9,426 nt of DNA. It comes from Octopus vulgaris. Lineage: Eukaryota. Positions 1-9,426 of this stretch are shown in pieces. The notes beneath the pieces are model-generated. The model worked only from the letters and a program-made list of their open reading frames with translations, was not told the origin of the DNA and did not search any database. A program made the translations under genes and the position numbers. The stretch spans positions 1-9,426 of the forward strand of contig CATOCA020000070.1 of assembly GCA_951406725.2 (NCBI GenBank). Reading direction: 5' to 3'. Every line of letters starts with the position of its first letter. Position 1 is the stretch's first letter.

Positions 1-2257
<2,257 letters not shown>

Positions 2258-2399
2258 CCAGTTTCAGCTCTTGAGCTGTGGCCATGCTGGGGCACCGCCA
2301 TTGTGGTGAAAGAGTACAGCAGGGATCACCACCCCCTGCGGAGCCTCGTAGAGCTTTTTAGGTGTTTTCGCTCAATAAACACACACAACGCCCGGTCTG

Positions 2400-2410
2400 A
2401 GAATCGAAAC
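2400..2410 (-). promoter_or_regulatory. RNA polymerase III internal promoter, B box
   Basis: GTTTCGATTCT on the minus strand versus consensus GGTTCGANTCC (2 mismatches), 33 nt after the A box, which is tRNA-like spacing. Confidence 0.8.
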
Positions 2411-2443
2411 CGCGATCCTGCGACCGCGAGTCCGCTGCCCTAA

Positions 2444-2454
2444 CCACTAGGCCA
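2444..2454 (-). promoter_or_regulatory. RNA polymerase III internal promoter, A box
   Basis: TGGCCTAGTGG on the minus strand matches TRGCNNARYGG, 9 nt inside the SINE 5' end. Confidence 0.88.
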
Positions 2455-2460
2455 TTGCGC

Positions 2461-2623
<163 letters not shown>

Positions 2624-2629
2624 CTAATT

Positions 2630-3138
2630 GACACACTAATTGTACACATAAGGCAACTTGATGTAGTTGTGTGTGCTACATATCGCCCTCCAGATGCCCC
2701 AAGTCATATGGGCAAGTTCGAGGACTGCCTTTTAAAAATAGAAGAAGTTCTAACCACATTAGAACAACACATAAGTGTACTTCTCATGGGAGACTTCAAT
2801 CTACCGAATGTCAGATGGCCCGAGGGCCTTTCTCTCCCAGGAATGACAAGATGTGAACGTGGACAGGCGAGGTCCCTCCTGAACCTCACCAACACCCTGT
2901 ACATGGAGCAAGTAGTACTGCAACCAACCAGAGCAGGTAACACACTGGATCTCTGCTTCACAAATAATATGGATCTCATCCATAATGTGAAAGTGACACC
3001 GACACTACTCTCGGATCACAACATGGTAGAGCTGACCATGTACGGGCCAAAAGAGAGCACGGACATGCAGCCTACAAGAAACCCTCAGAATCTTTCCAGC
3101 TTGAACTTCAATAAGGCAAACTGGAAACAAATTGAAAA
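2630..3138 (+). pseudogene. C-terminal part of the ORF2 APE (apurinic/apyrimidinic-like) endonuclease domain; 5'-truncated and frameshifted from the RT
   Basis: The frame of ORF 2669..3193 is open upstream ([21 protein letters not shown]). It carries APE motifs YRPP, GDFN (2789-2800), PTR..N.LDL and SDH (3011-3019). A 1-nt deletion at 3135-3138 relative to copy 2 breaks the frame. Confidence 0.9.
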
Positions 3139-3189
3139 GAGATCCTCAAACAAAACTGGCCTGAATGTCTCTCCTCGCCGGACATCGAC

Positions 3190-5319
3190 ATGATACTTCA
3201 ACAATTCATGTCTGTAATGCAAGCCATATGCTACAAATGTGTCCCAGAGAGAAAGGCCACTGTACACAAGAACAAAATCCCCAGAGAGAGGAAAATTTTA
3301 ATGAGACGGCGTACAAAAATTTCAAATCGCCTAAACAAACAAATTGAAAGTAGTGAAAAGTCCCGCCTGAAAATAAAACTGTTGGAAATTGAAAATTGTC
3401 TGCAACTTTCCCATGAGAAGGAAAGAGCAGACAAAGAAGCCTGGGCTATAGACAACATAAAAACTAACCCCAGAGCTTTCTACAGGTATGCCAAAGAAAC
3501 GGCTACAGTGCACTGTAGGATAGGGCCACTCCTTGAAAAGGATGGCACACTCACAGGAAAACCAATGAGGGTAAGTGAAATACTGAATGAACAATTCAAG
3601 AGTGTTTTCACTCCACCCCTTGGGCATTTCCAAATCAGCAATCCAACTGACTTCTTTACCACTGCAGATATAGAATCAGAGGCGGCGACGATAAGTTACA
3701 TCGAGATAAAGGAAGACGATGTAATAAAGGCTATAGATGAAATGAAAATAGACTCAGCTACTGGCCCCGATGGATTCCCGGCAATCCTCCTAAAAGTATG
3801 TAAGAGAGTCTTAGCAAGACCACTGCAGTCCCTCTTTCAGAGCTTCCTTGCAGCTGGCAAACTTCCAAGGGGACTGAAGGAAGGTAAAATATGCCCTATT
3901 CATAAAGGAGGTAGCAGAGCGGAGGCAAAGAACTACAGACCTATCTCTCTGACCTCACACATCAGCAAGGTCATGGAACGAATAGTCAGAAGGAAACTAA
4001 TCACCTTCCTTGAAGAAAATGACTTGCTGCCTGACACCCAACATGGTTTCCGACCAGGAAGAAGCTGCTTAACTCAGCTCCTGCAGCACTATGACTGGGT
4101 GCTGAAACAACTGCTCAACCACTCAAATGTGGAAGTCATATATCTCGACTTCGCAAAGGCCTTCGATAAAGTCGATCACGGAATGATATGTCACAGGTTG
4201 CGTGATCTTGGCATAGTTGGAAAACTAGGAGAATGGCTTCACGACTTTCTGAAGAATAGAAGTCAGGTGGTAGTAGCCAATGGGGCCACTTCCATTAACA
4301 CGCAAATAATGAGTGGTGTTCCACAGGGCACTGTTTTGGGACCACTACTGTTCATAATGGCCCTCTCAGACATGCCCTCAGCCACGCAGAGATCCACGAT
4401 CACAAGTTATGCAGATGATACAAAAGTTTCACAGGCAATACAGAACCCTGAGGACACTAAAAACCTGCAATGTGAGCTGGACGAAATATACAAGTGGGCT
4501 GAAAAGAATAGCATGCAGTTCAATGCTGGAAAGTTTCAAGCTTTATACTATCAGCATGCAAAACTGAATGCAATACCCAATGAATACACTGGACCCGGAG
4601 GGATTGCAATCCCAGAGGCACAATCAGTGCGTGACCTGGGTATTCACATGAGTGATGACGCGACCTTTCATGTACATGTTGCTAAACTGACAGTGAAATG
4701 TAGACGGCTGGCTGGCTGGATTCTTAGAACCTTTAGAACAAGAGAACAAGAAACCATGATGGTCCTCTGGAAGACACTTGTCCTAAGCCACTTTGACTAT
4801 TGCTCTCAGCTATGGTCACCATCCAGTGTCAAGTTGATCACAGAACTTGAGGCGATCCAACGAAGCTACACAAAGAAGATAGCCTCTATGCAGAATGTAA
4901 GCTACTGGGAAAGACTCAAGAGATTAAAATTATACTCCCTGGAGCGTAGGCGGGAAAGATATGCCATAATATACATCTGGAAGATCCTGGAGGGAAGTGT
5001 CCTGAACTTTGGCATCGAGAGTTACACAAATGCCAGAACTGGGCGCCACTGCGTGGTGCCTAGGACTCCAAACCTGCCATCAAGATGTAGGACAAGATTC
5101 TGTGATAGCCTGGGCTTCCGAGGCCCACAGCTCTTCAATATCCTCCCGAAGAACCTGAGAGACCTGCATGGGGTGGATACAGATGTCTTTAAAATGAAGC
5201 TGGATCTCTTCCTGTCAGGTGTCCCAGATGAACCAACTTCACGGCAGGAGGGGCAGATGAGGGCAGCTGCATCGAACTCTCTCATGCACCAAATAGCAGT
5301 TGCTAGAAAGCCCCCATGA
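3190..5319 (+). CDS. ORF2 reverse transcriptase portion of LINE copy 1 (homologous frame runs from 3139)
   Basis: 709-aa ORF with [42 protein letters not shown] (4408-4419) and RDLG. The ATG at 3190 is an internal codon (Val in copy 2), not the native start. Confidence 0.93.
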   Translation: MILQQFMSVMQAICYKCVPERKATVHKNKIPRERKILMRRRTKISNRLNKQIESSEKSRLKIKLLEIENCLQLSHEKERADKEAWAIDNIKTNPRAFYRYAKETATVHCRIGPLLEKDGTLTGKPMRVSEILNEQFKSVFTPPLGHFQISNPTDFFTTADIESEAATISYIEIKEDDVIKAIDEMKIDSATGPDGFPAILLKVCKRVLARPLQSLFQSFLAAGKLPRGLKEGKICPIHKGGSRAEAKNYRPISLTSHISKVMERIVRRKLITFLEENDLLPDTQHGFRPGRSCLTQLLQHYDWVLKQLLNHSNVEVIYLDFAKAFDKVDHGMICHRLRDLGIVGKLGEWLHDFLKNRSQVVVANGATSINTQIMSGVPQGTVLGPLLFIMALSDMPSATQRSTITSYADDTKVSQAIQNPEDTKNLQCELDEIYKWAEKNSMQFNAGKFQALYYQHAKLNAIPNEYTGPGGIAIPEAQSVRDLGIHMSDDATFHVHVAKLTVKCRRLAGWILRTFRTREQETMMVLWKTLVLSHFDYCSQLWSPSSVKLITELEAIQRSYTKKIASMQNVSYWERLKRLKLYSLERRRERYAIIYIWKILEGSVLNFGIESYTNARTGRHCVVPRTPNLPSRCRTRFCDSLGFRGPQLFNILPKNLRDLHGVDTDVFKMKLDLFLSGVPDEPTSRQEGQMRAAASNSLMHQIAVARKPP

Positions 5320-5387
5320 AGTAAAACCAAGTAGCAACACCAAATGGCGGTGCCCCAGCATGGCCACAGCTCATAGGCTGGAACTGG

Positions 5388-5407
5388 AATCAATCAATCA
5401 ATCAATC
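5388..5407 (+). repeat. (AATC)5 3'-terminal repeat of LINE copy 1
   Basis: Directly follows the 3' UTR. Short tandem-repeat tails are typical of CR1/L2 elements. Confidence 0.93.
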
Positions 5408-7091
<1,684 letters not shown>

Positions 7092-7115
7092 GATTGATTG
7101 ATTGATTGATTGATT
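7092..7115 (-). repeat. (AATC)6 3'-terminal repeat of LINE copy 2
   Basis: (GATT)6 on the + strand, adjoining the 3' UTR. Confidence 0.93.
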
Positions 7116-7183
7116 CTAGTTTCAGCTTATGAGCTGTGGCCATGCTGGGGCACCGCCATTTGGTGTTGCTACTTGGTTTCACT

Positions 7184-9424
7184 TCATGGAGGCTTTCTAG
7201 CAACTGCTATTTGGTGCATGAGAGAGTTCGATGCAGCTGCCCTCATCTGCCCCTCCTGCCGTGAAGTTGGTTCATCTGGGACACCTGACAGGAAGAGATC
7301 CAGCTTCATTTTAAAGACATCTGTATCCACCCCATGCAGGTCTCTCAGGTTCTTCGGGAGGATATTGAAGAGCTGTGGGCCTCGGAAGCCCAGGCTATCA
7401 CAGTATCTTGTCCTACATCTTGATGGCAGGTTTGGAGTCCTAGGCACCACGCAGTGGCGCCCAGTTCTGGCATTTGCGTAACTCTCGATGCCAAAGTTCA
7501 GGACACTTCCCTCCAGGATCTTCCAGATGTATATTATGGCATATCTTTCCCGCCTACGCTCCAGGGAATATAATTTTAATCTCTTGAGTCTTTCCCAGTA
7601 GCTTACATTCTGCATAGAGGCTATCTTCTTTGTGTAGCTTCGTTGGATCGCCTCAAGTTCTGTGATCAACTTGACACTGGATGGTGACCATAGCTGAGAG
7701 CAATAGTCAAAGTGGCTTAGGACAAGTGTCTTCCAGAGGACCATCATGGTTTCTTGTTCTCTTGTTCTAAAGGTTCTAAGAATCCATCCAGCCAGCCGTC
7801 TACATTTCATTGTCAGTTTAGCAACATGTACATGAAAGGTCGCGTCATCACTCATGTGAATACCCAGGTCACGCACTGATTGTGCCTCTGGGATTGCAAT
7901 CCCTCCGGGTCCAGTGTATTCATTGGGTATTGCATTCAGTTTTGCATGCTGATAGTATAAAGCTTGAAACTTTCCAGCATTGAACTGCATGCTATTCTTT
8001 TCAGCCCACTTGTATATTTCGTCCAGCTCACATTGCAGGTGTTTAGTGTCCTCAGGGTTCTGTATTGCCTGTGAAACTTTTGTATCATCTGCATAACTTG
8101 TGATCGTGGCTCTCTGCGTGGCTGAGGGCATGTCTGAGAGGGCCATTATGAACAGTAGTGGTCCCAGAACAGTGCCCTGCGGAACACCGCTCACTATTTG
8201 TGTGTTAATGGAGGTGGCCCCATTGGCTACTACCACCTGACTTCTATCCTTCAGAAAGTCATGAAGCCATTCTCCCAGTTTTCCAACTATGTTGAGATCA
8301 CGCAGTTTGTGACATATCATTCCATGATCGACTTTATCAAAGGCCTTTGCAAAGTCGAGATATATCACTTCCACATTTGAGTGGTTGAGCAGCCGTTTCA
8401 GCACCCAGTCATAGTGTTGTAGGAGCTGAGTTAAACAGCTTCTCCCTGGTCGGAAACCATGTTGGGTGTCGGGCAGCAAGTCATTCTCTTCAAGGAAGGT
8501 GATCAGCTTCCTTCTGACTATTCGTTCCATGACCTTGCTGATGTGTGAGGTCAGAGAGATAGGTCTATAGTTCTTGGCTTCCGCTCTGCTACCTCCTTTA
8601 TGAATGGGGCATATTTTACCTTCCTTCAGTTTTCCTGGAAGTTTGCCAGCTGCAAGGAAGCTCTGAAAGAGGAACTGCAGTGGTCTTGCTAGGACTCTCT
8701 TACATGCTTTTAGGAGGATTGCCGGGAATCCATCGGGGCCAGTAGCTGAGTCTGTTTTCATTTCATCTATAGCCTTGGTTACATCGTCTTCATTTATATC
8801 GATGTAATCTATCGTCGCCGCCTCTGATTTTATATCTGCAGTGGTAAAAAAGTCAGTTGGATTGGTGATTTGGAGATGCCCAAGGGGTGGAGTGAAAACA
8901 CTCTTGAATTGCTCATTCAGTATTTCACTTACCCTCATTGGTTTTCCTGTAAGTGTGCCATCCTTTTCGAGGAGTGGCCCTATTCTACAGTGCACTGTAG
9001 CTGTTTCTTTGGCATACCTGTAGAAAGCTCTGGGGTTAGATTTTATGTTTTCTATAGCCCAGGCTTCTTTGTCTGCTCTTTCTTTTTCATGGGAGAGTTG
9101 CAGACATTTTTCGATTTCCAACAGTTTTATTTTTAGGCGGGACTTTTCACTGCTTTCAATCTGTTTGTTTAGGCGATTTGAAAATTTCGTACGCCGTCTC
9201 ATTAAAATTTTCCTCTCTCTGGGGATTTTGTTCTTGTGTACAGTGGCCTTTCTCTCTGGGACACATTTGTAGCATATGGCTTGCATTACAGACATGAATT
9301 GTTGAAGTTTCACGTCGATGTCTGGCGAGGAGAGACATTCAGGCCAGTTTTGTTTGAGGATCTCTTTCTCAATTTGTTTCCAGTTTGCCTTATGGTAGTT
9401 CAAGCTGGAAAGATTTTGAGGGTT
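7184..9424 (-). CDS. ORF2 (endonuclease-RT linker plus reverse transcriptase) of LINE copy 2, 5'-partial and uninterrupted
   Basis: ORF 7184..9403 stays open to the window edge ([15 protein letters not shown]). All RT motifs are intact. About 28 aa differences from copy 1 over 709 aa by manual comparison. Confidence 0.94.
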   Translation of the reverse strand, partial: NPQNLSSLNYHKANWKQIEKEILKQNWPECLSSPDIDVKLQQFMSVMQAICYKCVPERKATVHKNKIPRERKILMRRRTKFSNRLNKQIESSEKSRLKIKLLEIEKCLQLSHEKERADKEAWAIENIKSNPRAFYRYAKETATVHCRIGPLLEKDGTLTGKPMRVSEILNEQFKSVFTPPLGHLQITNPTDFFTTADIKSEAATIDYIDINEDDVTKAIDEMKTDSATGPDGFPAILLKACKRVLARPLQFLFQSFLAAGKLPGKLKEGKICPIHKGGSRAEAKNYRPISLTSHISKVMERIVRRKLITFLEENDLLPDTQHGFRPGRSCLTQLLQHYDWVLKRLLNHSNVEVIYLDFAKAFDKVDHGMICHKLRDLNIVGKLGEWLHDFLKDRSQVVVANGATSINTQIVSGVPQGTVLGPLLFIMALSDMPSATQRATITSYADDTKVSQAIQNPEDTKHLQCELDEIYKWAEKNSMQFNAGKFQALYYQHAKLNAIPNEYTGPGGIAIPEAQSVRDLGIHMSDDATFHVHVAKLTMKCRRLAGWILRTFRTREQETMMVLWKTLVLSHFDYCSQLWSPSSVKLITELEAIQRSYTKKIASMQNVSYWERLKRLKLYSLERRRERYAIIYIWKILEGSVLNFGIESYANARTGRHCVVPRTPNLPSRCRTRYCDSLGFRGPQLFNILPKNLRDLHGVDTDVFKMKLDLFLSGVPDEPTSRQEGQMRAAASNSLMHQIAVARKPP

Positions 9425-9426
9425 TC

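Larger units (their letters stand above)
7092..9426 (-). mobile_element. Non-LTR retrotransposon (CR1/L2-group LINE) copy 2, continuing beyond the window
   Basis: Reverse complement is colinear with copy 1 positions 3078-5407, with the same 3' UTR and an (AATC)6 tail at 7092-7115. Confidence 0.95.

Noticed and set aside
3503-3518. Perfect 16-bp palindrome CTACAGTGCACTGTAG (also 8985-9000)
   Set aside because: It lies within ORF2 coding sequence, has no loop, and is plausible by chance in a few kb. There is no evidence of function.
3190-5319. Prokaryotic RT system (retron, group II intron, DGR, CRISPR-RT)
   Set aside because: The upstream APE domain, CR1-type motifs, tandem-repeat tail and Pol III SINE partner identify a eukaryotic LINE. 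No repeat-spacer array is present.

Overview
Eukaryotic (animal) repetitive DNA with no host gene. About 4.1 kb of degenerate (TA)n microsatellite (1-2226, 2464-2620, 5408-7091) is interrupted by three retroposon insertions. (1) A ~237-bp tRNA-derived SINE with a poly(A) tail on the minus strand (2227-2463). (2) A 5'-truncated CR1/L2-group LINE on the plus strand (2621-5407) with a partial APE endonuclease, an RT, one -1 frameshift and an (AATC)5 tail. (3) A second copy of the same LINE family on the minus strand (7092 to the window end) with an uninterrupted ORF2 and an (AATC)6 tail. The SINE's last 45 nt before the poly(A) match the LINE 3' UTR and fold into two tandem hairpins. Every visible junction abuts (TA)n, so the best candidate system is a (TA)n-targeting LINE plus its partner SINE. 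The two LINE copies lie tail-to-tail and are mosaic: about 99% identical over the 3' ~1 kb of ORF2 but about 94% upstream (manual counts). The long IYIY ORFs are microsatellite artefacts. From memory the SINE head resembles octopus OR-type SINEs, so a cephalopod host is plausible but unverified.
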